DNA from: an uncultured Gammaproteobacteria bacterium
GTDB lineage: Bacteria; Patescibacteriota; Patescibacteriia; Patescibacteriales; UBA12075
DNA: 64,000 nucleotides
Reading direction: 5' to 3'
Assembly: GCA_964459725.1 (NCBI GenBank)
Contig: CAYWNT010000002.1
Coordinates: 83,719-147,718 of the forward strand
In this document: piece after piece, positions 15,558 through 24,258 of the stretch
Layout of the letters: each line of letters opens with the position of its first letter
How positions within the stretch are numbered: position 1 is the first letter of the stretch
Position numbers and translations under genes: made by a program
The notes under the pieces: model-generated
What the model was told of the DNA's origin: nothing
Databases searched by the model: none
The model's input: the letters and a program-made list of their open reading frames with translations, nothing else

Positions 15558-16388
15558 CTAATCTATATTTATAAAAAACTGAGTAATAAAATATTTTCCA
15601 TCTACTGCCCTATCAACCCCCACTCCGGTCATGTCATAAAAATCATTTTCCAAACTCGCCTTATGACCCGGGCTGGTAAGCCACCAAGTTAGAGCTTGCT
15701 TGGCTGGATCTGAACTATAATTCCAGGCCAGATTTTCCGCACCACCATTATAATCTTCTATTTTACTCTTTATAACACTTACCCTATCCTGAAATCCATC
15801 ATGGCTTAGCTCTATTTTCCCACTGGCCATATTCTGGCTATGCTCTCTTACTGGAAGCATAATGTCATCGCTCCACTCCAACTCAGAAACTCCAATTGAT
15901 TTTCTGTGATCGTTTATGACCTCAAAAACTCTTTTTTCAATGCTGGCATATTCGTACTCTCCATATACTTTTATTTTAGTCAGATCCAAATTTGTTATGC
16001 CCAGTCCTTTCTCTCTCATGATCTGAAAAGCGTCACTGGGTCTCCCCAGGTAATACCCCTTGAGATCCTTTGGGTAGATATAATAGGCCTCGCCGTTTTC
16101 CTCTACATCGATCAAAATCTTACCTAATAATCTCTGGGGAAATGTACTGTCTAAATACTGACTTAGTTCAGAGTGCTTGATACCCAGTCCGAGATTGCGC
16201 ATTATTTCAAAGGCATCATCAGGTCGGCCCAAATAATAACGATTTAAGTCATCAGGATAAACATACCAGGCCTCCCCTTTCTCCTCGACTTGCAATAGAA
16301 TCATCCCGCTTAAGTTCTCAGACAAATCGGCGAAAGCAAAGTACGGCACTGCAAACAATATAAAAATTAATAAAAAATATTTCTTCAT
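15558..16388 (-). CDS. secreted protein: signal peptide + 2x 'GEAWYVxP...RYYLGRPxDAF' repeats + CAP/SCP (YkwD-like) domain
   Basis: The repeats are GMILLQVEEKGEAWYVYPDDLNRYYLGRPDDAFEIM and GKILIDVEENGEAYYIYPKDLKGYYLGRPSDAFQIM. The CAP-like C-terminus reads ...HSQNMA..., GAENLAW... and WLTSPGHKASLENDFYDMTGVG. Confidence 0.8.
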   Translation of the reverse strand: MKKYFLLIFILFAVPYFAFADLSENLSGMILLQVEEKGEAWYVYPDDLNRYYLGRPDDAFEIMRNLGLGIKHSELSQYLDSTFPQRLLGKILIDVEENGEAYYIYPKDLKGYYLGRPSDAFQIMREKGLGITNLDLTKIKVYGEYEYASIEKRVFEVINDHRKSIGVSELEWSDDIMLPVREHSQNMASGKIELSHDGFQDRVSVIKSKIEDYNGGAENLAWNYSSDPAKQALTWWLTSPGHKASLENDFYDMTGVGVDRAVDGKYFITQFFINID

Positions 16389-16545
16389 ATTATTTATAAT
16401 ATTATAATAATATTAATTTTTTATTAAGGTTATTTTTTATTAGAAGCCTATAATAAACTTGGAATATTACCAGGAAAAAATAATTATCCCATACAATGGG
16501 ATCAAATTTATAACCACAAGCCAAATTGTTGTAAAATTATTTTTT

Positions 16546-17340
16546 TCATTTATTTAAAAACTTTTTAAGTCCGTTTATATAAACTCCATAGCTCGTACCT
16601 ATATCTGAATTATGCCCTCCTTTTAATTTTACCATTTCTTTTTCTCCCTTATATTCATCATACAACTTCTGTCCCTCTGCAAAAGGAATTGTCTTATCTT
16701 CTGTGCTGTGAATTATTAGTAATGGGGCTTGAACGTTATTTATTTTATTTACTGAATCAAATTTATAACGAAGCAAAAATTTAACAGGCAAATACCAGTA
16801 ATAATGTTTTGCGACACTTTCTGTACCTGAAAAAGTTGACTCTATAATAAACGAATCGATATCTCTACCTTGAGCAGTATAAATTGCAATCGCGGCCCCT
16901 AACGACCTGCCCCAAATAATAATATTCTTTTCTTCTATACCAATGCTTACTAAATAATTATAAGCAGTTTGACCATCAATGTATAAATCATTTTCTCTTT
17001 TGATCTTCCCTGAACTTTTTCCATAACTCCTATAATCGAACATCAACGCATTAAGCCCAAGCTCTTTAAAAACATACACTCTATCCACTCTGTCTGTTAA
17101 ATTACCTGCATTGCCATGAAAAAATAAAACAGTCTTCTCTGCCTTGTTGTCCATCCACCAAGCATGCAATTTTTCTCCATCTTCTGTATCCATAAAAACC
17201 TCATCAACTCCAATTGGCGGAGGATTGTAAGTCTTAGTTGGGAAAAAAATATATGAAGTTTGTAAAAAGAAATAAAGCGCGCAAAGCCCCAAATACGACA
17301 AAATTATAGTTCTCAAAATTATTTTAAAATATTTTTTCAT
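16546..17340 (-). CDS. alpha/beta hydrolase (serine hydrolase, S33/BAAT-like), membrane-anchored
   Basis: FFHGNAGN, the nucleophile elbow GRSLGA, HSTEDKTIPF and GGHN. Confidence 0.8.
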   Translation of the reverse strand: MKKYFKIILRTIILSYLGLCALYFFLQTSYIFFPTKTYNPPPIGVDEVFMDTEDGEKLHAWWMDNKAEKTVLFFHGNAGNLTDRVDRVYVFKELGLNALMFDYRSYGKSSGKIKRENDLYIDGQTAYNYLVSIGIEEKNIIIWGRSLGAAIAIYTAQGRDIDSFIIESTFSGTESVAKHYYWYLPVKFLLRYKFDSVNKINNVQAPLLIIHSTEDKTIPFAEGQKLYDEYKGEKEMVKLKGGHNSDIGTSYGVYINGLKKFLNK

Positions 17341-18004
17341 TTTACTTATTCAAATAAACTTTCATTTTCCTACCAGTTCCCTTAATTACCATTTTTCCAG
17401 TAAATCTGATAACATTCTATTCAACATTAAAATTTAGTAAGAATTCTTTAATATCTATATTGTAACAAATTACAAGCAAAAATAACATAATTTTATATAC
17501 AAAACAAAAAACGCCCAAAAGCGCTTTTTTGACGTATCTAGGTTGCAAAACACCTAGCACATAATAGCTCGGCATGTTAGACGAAGTTCGAATCCATTTA
17601 ATAAAAAAAGTTAATAGTAAATATTAGCAAAAAAATATCCTCTTGATAATATACTTCTAATGCCTCCCAAGAACTTTGATTGAGGCACGGGGACATGCAA
17701 TGCCCAAAATCAGGAACTCCCGGGACCTGGGGGCGCATGACTCCCGGAATCTGTCTGGCTAGTAACGAAAGTGGAAATGTCGGCATATTCCAACCCCAAG
17801 GCAACTTGAGGCTTTTTTATTAATTCAAAAAAACCAGCAACAAGGCAATCGCTTATTATTACTCGAGTTGTTTGACCAAATTTGAATCTTTATAAATAAA
17901 AAAACTTTTTTAATATCGGTGTATTCATATTCCCCGTGTATTTTTATTTTAGTTAGAAATCTATAGAAATCAACACGGATAGCTTTTTAATTTTCTACAC
18001 GAGA

Positions 18005-18631
18005 CTAATTAATAAAATTTAATATGTCGTTAGGTTTATCAGCTATTTTAACATTACCGATCCTATTTTTATCAAGTCCCCAACCATAGGTTACTAAGAT
18101 AATATTATCATCGCCAATATCCACCTTTTTAGCAACATCATAATCAATAGCCCTATCTCCTATAGAAATAATTTCATCTGGAGAATAATTATTTTTATTT
18201 ATTAAGCCCTTAATCATATCACTTTTACGAATTCTCTCATCAGCACCGCAATAAATATTTTTGAAAAAATTAGTTAAGCCATTTTTCTCTATCTTGGGTA
18301 AAATTTCTTTACTAAGAGAAGCGGAAACCAGATAAAGATCATATTTCTTGCTTAATTCTTGAATCACATCTGAAATGCCAGCAAAAACTTTATGCTCCAT
18401 TTTAACGATTTCTTTACCGAAAATTTCATTCGCTTCTACGAAATCTTTTTCCAAAATACCTAAATTTTTACGACATTCAATAAAATTATAACCATAAACC
18501 ACCCTAAATTCATCAATAGTTTTAGGGCAGGCTACCTCAAAACGTTCACAGATCTTTTGATAAACCTTAAACACGCTTACAAAAGAATCAACTATCACAC
18601 CATCATAATCAAATATAATTGCTTTTATCAT
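18005..18631 (-). CDS. HAD-superfamily hydrolase (phosphatase-like)
   Basis: Motif I FDYDGVIVDS, plus a C-terminal GDRAIDYDVAKK (motif IV-like). Confidence 0.8.
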   Translation of the reverse strand: MIKAIIFDYDGVIVDSFVSVFKVYQKICERFEVACPKTIDEFRVVYGYNFIECRKNLGILEKDFVEANEIFGKEIVKMEHKVFAGISDVIQELSKKYDLYLVSASLSKEILPKIEKNGLTNFFKNIYCGADERIRKSDMIKGLINKNNYSPDEIISIGDRAIDYDVAKKVDIGDDNIILVTYGWGLDKNRIGNVKIADKPNDILNFIN

Positions 18632-18781
18632 AACTATTTAACTTAAAAAATTAATAATTGTTACACTTCTAGTTTATCATGTTAAAAAACATATGAAAAG
18701 TTTAATTTTCTGTAAACAAAAAACTCTAAAAATCAAAGAAAAAAGCAGCCTCCTTGGAGACCGCTTTGTCTTGTTTGTTAA

Positions 18782-19120
18782 TTATCGAAAAACAGCATGT
18801 AAATCCCGTGCGAGTTTCTCGTCATAATCTTCGCATTTTTTTTCTGCAAAAGCGTGTAGATTCTTTATTTTACCAAGGATAAAAAGTTCTCCTCTTTCTT
18901 TGAGCCTGTCTTCATATTGAGGCTTAACAGAAAGAACCCTTTCCACGATTTTACTTCCATCGTTCCATTTGGCATCATCACAAGTAATAAAATTAATTGA
19001 TTTCTCAATTTTTACTCTTTCGTCTGCTACCTCTTGTTTTAATTGACTAGCCAATAAATCATCCAAGTGTTTTTCTAGTTTGGTAACCCACTTTTCAATA
19101 AAATCATCCATTAAAATCAT
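18782..19120 (-). CDS. hypothetical protein
   Basis: A 112-aa ORF with GGAGG 8 nt upstream of the ATG at 19120. No recognisable motif. Confidence 0.5.
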   Translation of the reverse strand: MILMDDFIEKWVTKLEKHLDDLLASQLKQEVADERVKIEKSINFITCDDAKWNDGSKIVERVLSVKPQYEDRLKERGELFILGKIKNLHAFAEKKCEDYDEKLARDLHAVFR

Positions 19121-19412
19121 CTATATATCCTCCCGCGTTAAATCGGTTAATCTTCAAAGGTTATAGCAAATTGCATCCCAATCGCATCCTTTTAAAAAAT
19201 AAAAATTATGTAAATTTTAAATAAAATCTTCTTGATGATTTTAAAATATATCAGCAAAACTTCATTTTGTCAACTTTTTACCATTATCTATTTAAGTTCC
19301 TGCTTTTTATCTCAATACTCTAACATAAAAAAATGCTCAAAATAAGCATTTATCTATCTCTGTTTTGAACAAATCAGAATTAATATCTTCTCTGTCGTTG
19401 ACCTATACAAAA

Positions 19413-20573
19413 TTAAGCCTTAATAACCGCCAAAGGCTTTAGCTCTTCAATTATTTCTATTAAGTCTTCCTGATTTTTCATTACAGTTGAAATATCCTTA
19501 TATGCACTACTGGCTTCTTCCAAGTCTCTTTTTGACCGAAGTGAATGGATAATTCCCAATCTTTCAAGTTTTTTTGTTTCTCTGTGCAAATCAAGTTCTC
19601 GAATTGCCTGTCTCCTCCCCATAACCCTTCCAGCTCCGTGTGAACAGGATTCAAAGCTCTCCTTATTACCCAATCCTTTTACGATATAACTTTTAGATCC
19701 TTGTGAGCCTGGCACTATTCCCAGTTGGCCATTTCCTGCTCGAATTGCTCCCTTACGATGAACTACCACATTTTTTCCAAAGTGATTTTCAAAAGAAGCA
19801 TAATTATGCGCAACATTTATAAAGTTTCCCCATTTAATACCTGGTATATTATTTTCAAAGGCGGTTTTTATCCGCCCCATCATCAGCTTACGATTTGCCA
19901 AGGCGTATTCAACACAAAAATCCATCTCATGCAAATACCTCATCCCTTCCTGACTTTTAACTTCCAGAAAAGCAAGCTCCTGTTTGACTAGCTCGTCATA
20001 TCCTTTTTTTCGAGTTAGGTTGATTGCAATTTTGTTATAATGGTCGGCCACCTTTTTGCCTAAATTACGACTGCCAGAATGAAGCATTATCCATATATTC
20101 CCTTTAGCATCTTGCTGTATTTCTATAAAATGATTTCCGCCCCCCAAGGTTCCCAGAGATCTCAAAGCGTTGTTCCACTCTTTTCTGATGTAGGCTCCTT
20201 CTATATCCAGCTTTGGCATTAGTCTTTCATCCTGTTCAAGTTTATGTTTATTAAATCCAAGTGGAACCTCTCTTCTGATATCCTTCATAATATTTTTAAT
20301 AACTGCAACATCGATAGTTTTTAAAGATGTTTTTTGCGCGCACACTCCGCAGCCGATATCAACTCCAACTGCATGCGGAACAACCACCTCTCTGGTGGCC
20401 ATAACTCCGCCGATAGGCATACCATATCCCTCATGCGCATCAGGCATGATAGCAATATGGTGGAAGGCAAAAGGAAAATTTGCTATGTTCCCAACTTGTT
20501 TCATAGCGCCTTCTTCTATATCCTCTAACCACATCATGATAGGAATTTTTTCTGTTCTAATTATTTTTTTCAT
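19413..20573 (-). CDS. rtcB: RNA 3'-phosphate/5'-OH ligase RtcB
   Basis: MPDAHEGYGMPIGG, GVDIGCG, GGGNHFIE, HSGSRNLG and SCSHGAGR (RtcB metal and GMP-His motifs). Confidence 0.93.
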   Translation of the reverse strand: MKKIIRTEKIPIMMWLEDIEEGAMKQVGNIANFPFAFHHIAIMPDAHEGYGMPIGGVMATREVVVPHAVGVDIGCGVCAQKTSLKTIDVAVIKNIMKDIRREVPLGFNKHKLEQDERLMPKLDIEGAYIRKEWNNALRSLGTLGGGNHFIEIQQDAKGNIWIMLHSGSRNLGKKVADHYNKIAINLTRKKGYDELVKQELAFLEVKSQEGMRYLHEMDFCVEYALANRKLMMGRIKTAFENNIPGIKWGNFINVAHNYASFENHFGKNVVVHRKGAIRAGNGQLGIVPGSQGSKSYIVKGLGNKESFESCSHGAGRVMGRRQAIRELDLHRETKKLERLGIIHSLRSKRDLEEASSAYKDISTVMKNQEDLIEIIEELKPLAVIKA

Positions 20574-20595
20574 ATCTTATTTAATTGCAGAGAAA

Positions 20596-21558
20596 TTAAA
20601 ATTTTATCTTCTTCAGTGTTTGATAAACCGCCCCCTTGGGAAGTAGAATTGATTCCATCAACTCGATAGACTGCACTTTTTCTTCCCAATTAATATTCTC
20701 TTCTAGTTTTTTTATTTTTATTTTATTAAATTCTTCCGGCCTGAATCGCGCAATTGTTATATGATTTCTAGGTTTTCTATTATCCTTTTTTACTTTCAAT
20801 GCTTTTTCTATTACATTTTTTAAATCCAATAATTCTTTGGGCACTTGCCCTTCAATCCAAATGAGTCTTGGCGCTCTTTCTGTTGGGCCAAAAAGAATCT
20901 TCTCAAAACAAAGATTGAAAGGAATAATCTGATCTTTTATTTTGTTTATTTTTTCTACTATTTTATCAATATCTTCACACTTCCAAGGGGGTAAAATCGT
21001 AATATGCAGATTATCATTTGGTATCCAACGCACGTGCCCATCTCTATAATTCTCTTTCCATCTTTGTATTTTTTTTATAGTTTGTGCTGAAACTCTAATA
21101 CCTACAAATACCCTCCTTTCTTTTTCTTTTATCTTATTAAACACATGCCCAACCTCTCGAATAAATATTTCTGAAGTTGTAGGACCGATTCCCTTGAACT
21201 CCTCCAAACGCCCATCTAAGTCTTTCAAATCTTTTGATAGTTTAATTACATTTGTCACGCTTCCATATTTGTCTAAAAGCTCCTTGCAAATCTCCAGGAG
21301 CTTATCGGCGGTAGAAAAATCATAGCGTACATAATGCCCGTCATCCAATACTTTCACCAACTTGTCCCATCCTGCTTCTAAAATCTTCCTGGGGGTCAAT
21401 AATTTATTTTTTTCAAATTCAAAATACGTCCTCTCTGCAACCTCCTGCTGAATCGGCTTTCCAAAAAGGAGGCAGGCTAAAAACCACTGAAACAAATCTT
21501 TTTCATTTAGTGAATCAAGGTCTATTTTTAAATTTTTTGAATGTACTCTAGTCGCCAT
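20596..21558 (-). CDS. fusion protein: N-terminal HhH(-GPD)-like domain + C-terminal 2H phosphoesterase (LigT/ThpR-like)
   Basis: The N-terminus has ...EFKGIGPTTSEIFIREV (helix-hairpin-helix GIG motif). The C-terminus has two HxT motifs, NLHITILPPW and NHITIARF. Confidence 0.75.
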   Translation of the reverse strand: MATRVHSKNLKIDLDSLNEKDLFQWFLACLLFGKPIQQEVAERTYFEFEKNKLLTPRKILEAGWDKLVKVLDDGHYVRYDFSTADKLLEICKELLDKYGSVTNVIKLSKDLKDLDGRLEEFKGIGPTTSEIFIREVGHVFNKIKEKERRVFVGIRVSAQTIKKIQRWKENYRDGHVRWIPNDNLHITILPPWKCEDIDKIVEKINKIKDQIIPFNLCFEKILFGPTERAPRLIWIEGQVPKELLDLKNVIEKALKVKKDNRKPRNHITIARFRPEEFNKIKIKKLEENINWEEKVQSIELMESILLPKGAVYQTLKKIKF

Positions 21559-21570
21559 ATTGAATTTTGA

Positions 21571-22347
21571 TCACAATAAACGTGCTGTTAAATATCCGAC
21601 ACCAAAAGGTACCTCATGGCCAAGAAGTCGAAAATTATATCTACTTCCCAATATTCCTAATAAAATAATAAAAGAACGAAGTCCGCACTCGCCTGCTTCT
21701 TCAACTAAATTTCGATCAATATTTATAATCTCTTTTACCTTTCCCTGTCTCAACAAGTCAATAAGTTTTTTATCAAATACCTCTCCTTGCGGTGAATATC
21801 CGGCTGGAGCGCTCGGGATTAGTCGATGAGATAAATCACCACTGGCGATTATAGCTATCTTTTTCGAGCTCTCCAAACAAACACTCCTAATAATTTTTCC
21901 ATAATTATAATGAGTCTCAAAATCCATAAAAGAAAAAGAAAGATGGATCAGCTCTACTTTGATATTTTTTGTTAAATAATAAAGCGGAACCAAGGCGCTA
22001 TGATCAAGGATGTATTCATAAAAGTGAGTGTTGATTTCCGCTTTCGTGCACTCCTTATGGATCTTTCTAGCCAATTCTTGTTCATTTTTAAATTGGAAGT
22101 CTTTGTCTAAACCAAAATTATTTAGACTGCCTCTAAGAATATCTAAAAAATTTATTCCAAAAGATGAAAATTCAGCTGGGGCATGAGGACAAATAACCAA
22201 AACCACATCCACCTTTTCTTTTTCCAGTTCTTTCCCAAGTTCTTCCATCGCCTGAATGGTCTGAGAAACCAATTCTAAATCGCGTCCTTTGCCAATCCCG
22301 GGAATTATAATGGGAGGATGCGGAGTGATAGCGGCAAAATTGATCAT
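21571..22347 (-). CDS. LigB-superfamily protein (class III extradiol dioxygenase subunit B / MEMO-like fold)
   Basis: AAITPHPPIIIP, VLVICPHAP, DHSALVPLYY and ASGDLSHRL. The metal-binding His pattern is that of the LigB family. Confidence 0.7.
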   Translation of the reverse strand: MINFAAITPHPPIIIPGIGKGRDLELVSQTIQAMEELGKELEKEKVDVVLVICPHAPAEFSSFGINFLDILRGSLNNFGLDKDFQFKNEQELARKIHKECTKAEINTHFYEYILDHSALVPLYYLTKNIKVELIHLSFSFMDFETHYNYGKIIRSVCLESSKKIAIIASGDLSHRLIPSAPAGYSPQGEVFDKKLIDLLRQGKVKEIINIDRNLVEEAGECGLRSFIILLGILGSRYNFRLLGHEVPFGVGYLTARLL

Positions 22348-22859
22348 AGAAGTTTTTTTATTATTATTTGGCTGAATTTCTCAGCAGCAGCTGGTCCATT
22401 TGCTGTAATTATATCACCATCTATAACTACATCTTCATCAACAAAGTTCACTCCCAATTCCACAAAAACTCTCGCCTGGTCCCCATCCCCATTCCATACA
22501 GTAGCGTTCCTGTCTCTCAAAACTCCGGCATAGACAAGAATCATCGGTGCAATGCAGATTGCCGCCAATAGTTTGCCTTTTTCCAGAGACTCTCTGGCAA
22601 TTCTATGAGCCTCTTGGTCATTCTGATACAAGGCAGCGCCAGGTCCGCCGACAAAAATAAAGACATTAAAATCATCGACACTAACATCACGGAGCGCAAG
22701 CCCTGCTCGAGCAATTCCTCCCGATACACCAGCACACTCACCCTTGCTCAGACTGGCAGTTGTCACTATAAAGCCGGCACTCTCCAAATTTTTCTTAGGA
22801 ACAAAATATTCCTCATCTTTAAAATCCTTGGGGGCAATAATCATTAATACTCTCTTCAT
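22344..22859 (-). CDS. DJ-1/PfpI family protein
   Basis: The nucleophile-elbow Cys lies in LLAAICIAPMIL. The protein is ~170 aa with the typical layout. Its stop overlaps the next gene's start (ATGA). Confidence 0.85.
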   Translation of the reverse strand: MKRVLMIIAPKDFKDEEYFVPKKNLESAGFIVTTASLSKGECAGVSGGIARAGLALRDVSVDDFNVFIFVGGPGAALYQNDQEAHRIARESLEKGKLLAAICIAPMILVYAGVLRDRNATVWNGDGDQARVFVELGVNFVDEDVVIDGDIITANGPAAAEKFSQIIIKKLL

Positions 22860-23282
22860 AACATTTGGTTATTTTAATATTTTAAAATATTTTTTTATAT
22901 ATTAGTATTAAACCAAAATATTATTAATAAATTGTTAAATGCATGTAAAACAAAAATTATTTGTTGCAACACAAAAATATAGAAATTGTCACGTAAAGGA
23001 CGTAAAATCACTTCGTTCACACGTCCCACGTGACTCGCTCAAAATGGCCTGCCGCGAGATGGCGTCAGTCATTTTTCGCGGCTCGGAGACCAGCCTACGC
23101 CTAGGCTTCGGACTGGCAGGCAGGGATTTTTATCCTGTTGAATAACAGGACGAAGAGTTCAAGCCCCAACACCATCAGACAGCTAAGTATTATCTCGTTT
23201 TATATGTTTTATTATTTTATAAAATTTTATGTTATTTATTTCTATAATCAGAGGGGTTCTCATCATGTCCCACAAGAATAAC

Positions 23283-23305
23283 AAAAAACTGGCAAAAAGC
23301 CAGTT
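23283..23305 (-). terminator. intrinsic terminator after tRNA-Gln
   Basis: AACTGGC pairs with GCCAGTT (loop AAAAA), and a U-run follows on the minus strand. Confidence 0.65.
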
Positions 23306-23316
23306 ATTTGTTATTG

Positions 23317-23387
23317 CTCGGAGACAGGGATTCGAACCCCGATACTCAGGACCAGAACCTGATGTCCTACCATTAGACGATCTCCGA
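23317..23387 (-). tRNA. tRNA-Gln (anticodon CUG)
   Basis: Minus strand: TCGGAGA TC GTCT AATGGTA GGAC A TCAGG TTCTGGT CCTGA GTAT CGGGG TTCGAAT CCCTG TCTCCGA G. It has a 7-bp acceptor stem with U1:A72, GTTCGAATC in the T-arm, and CTG at positions 34-36. Confidence 0.9.
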
Positions 23388-23453
23388 TTTATTATTTCAT
23401 CATTAGATTTACCCTGGTGAATACCGGGGCGATCTCCGATTGGTTATATTTAA

Positions 23454-24257
23454 TTATTCCTGCAACAAACTCTTTATTTCCCCAATTTTTTCCTCTGCCG
23501 CCCTCTCGCCTGCTCTTATAAACTTTTGTGCATCGTGGAATTTGAAACTGTCGGTCAGACTTCTAAGTCTCGGCTTTATTATTACCAAGTCGTCAATCTG
23601 CTCTCTGAACTTCTCTTCAATTGCCTGTGTTCTAATAATTTCATACGACTGCATTAAAGTATTGATCATTCCTGGCTTTCTGTCAAATTTTATATTCTTG
23701 GTAGTCATTAAATCCACTGCTATTATTTTATCCATCCCGCTTTTCTTTGCAATATCTACCGGAGTTGGATTCACAACTCCTCCGTCTATATAATAACTTC
23801 CTCCAATTTCTACTGGAGGAAAAATACCAGGAACTGTAATGCTTGCCATGACAGCCTTGGTCACACTCCCCTTATCAAAAATAACTTCTCTGCCATTGCC
23901 TAGGTTGGTTGTGATAATTTTCAAAGGAATCTTAGCGTCTTTAAAATTGGAATTTTTTGTTTTTGTTTTTATATAATTAAAAATCTTCCTGCCCTTTATT
24001 ACTGAACTTTTCGGATTTCCCAAGTCTACAAAGTCTTTTAGTATTTCAGTCTTTTTTGTCTTCAAAATTTCCTCTTCCAGCTCCAACAAATCTACATCCA
24101 AAACAAATAGAGCCCCGGCAAGAGCCCCTATGCTTGTACCAACAACTAAATCAAATTTAATATTCTCCCTCATCAATACCTTGAGCACTCCCAAATGAGC
24201 AAGCCCTCTTGCTCCTCCACCGCCTAACACTAAACCAATTTTACTTCTTTTTTTCAT
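23454..24257 (-). CDS. patatin-like phospholipase (RssA-like)
   Basis: GGGGARG oxyanion loop, GTSIG nucleophile motif, and the DGG catalytic Asp motif. Confidence 0.88.
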   Translation of the reverse strand: MKKRSKIGLVLGGGGARGLAHLGVLKVLMRENIKFDLVVGTSIGALAGALFVLDVDLLELEEEILKTKKTEILKDFVDLGNPKSSVIKGRKIFNYIKTKTKNSNFKDAKIPLKIITTNLGNGREVIFDKGSVTKAVMASITVPGIFPPVEIGGSYYIDGGVVNPTPVDIAKKSGMDKIIAVDLMTTKNIKFDRKPGMINTLMQSYEIIRTQAIEEKFREQIDDLVIIKPRLRSLTDSFKFHDAQKFIRAGERAAEEKIGEIKSLLQE

Positions 24258-24258
24258 C

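Noticed and set aside
17531-17600. tRNA-like sequence containing GTTCGAATCC
   Set aside because: The bases flanking the putative T-loop (CGAAG / CCATT) are not complementary, and no acceptor stem or anticodon arm can be drawn.
17598-17804. 68-aa minus-strand ORF
   Set aside because: It lies entirely in the GC-rich structured island, has no RBS, and is Pro/Gly/Trp-rich in an unnatural-looking way.
22939-23145. 68-aa plus-strand ORF
   Set aside because: Same reasoning: it coincides with stacked helices of the candidate RNA, has no RBS, and shows no similarity I recognise.
22988-23190. tmRNA or RNase P assignment for the GC-rich element (it contains GGACGAAGAGTTCAAGCCCCAACACCA, reminiscent of a tmRNA 3' end)
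   Set aside because: The T-stem halves are not complementary, there is no GGGG 5' acceptor partner, no GAGGAAAGTCC P4 motif, and the element is too short.
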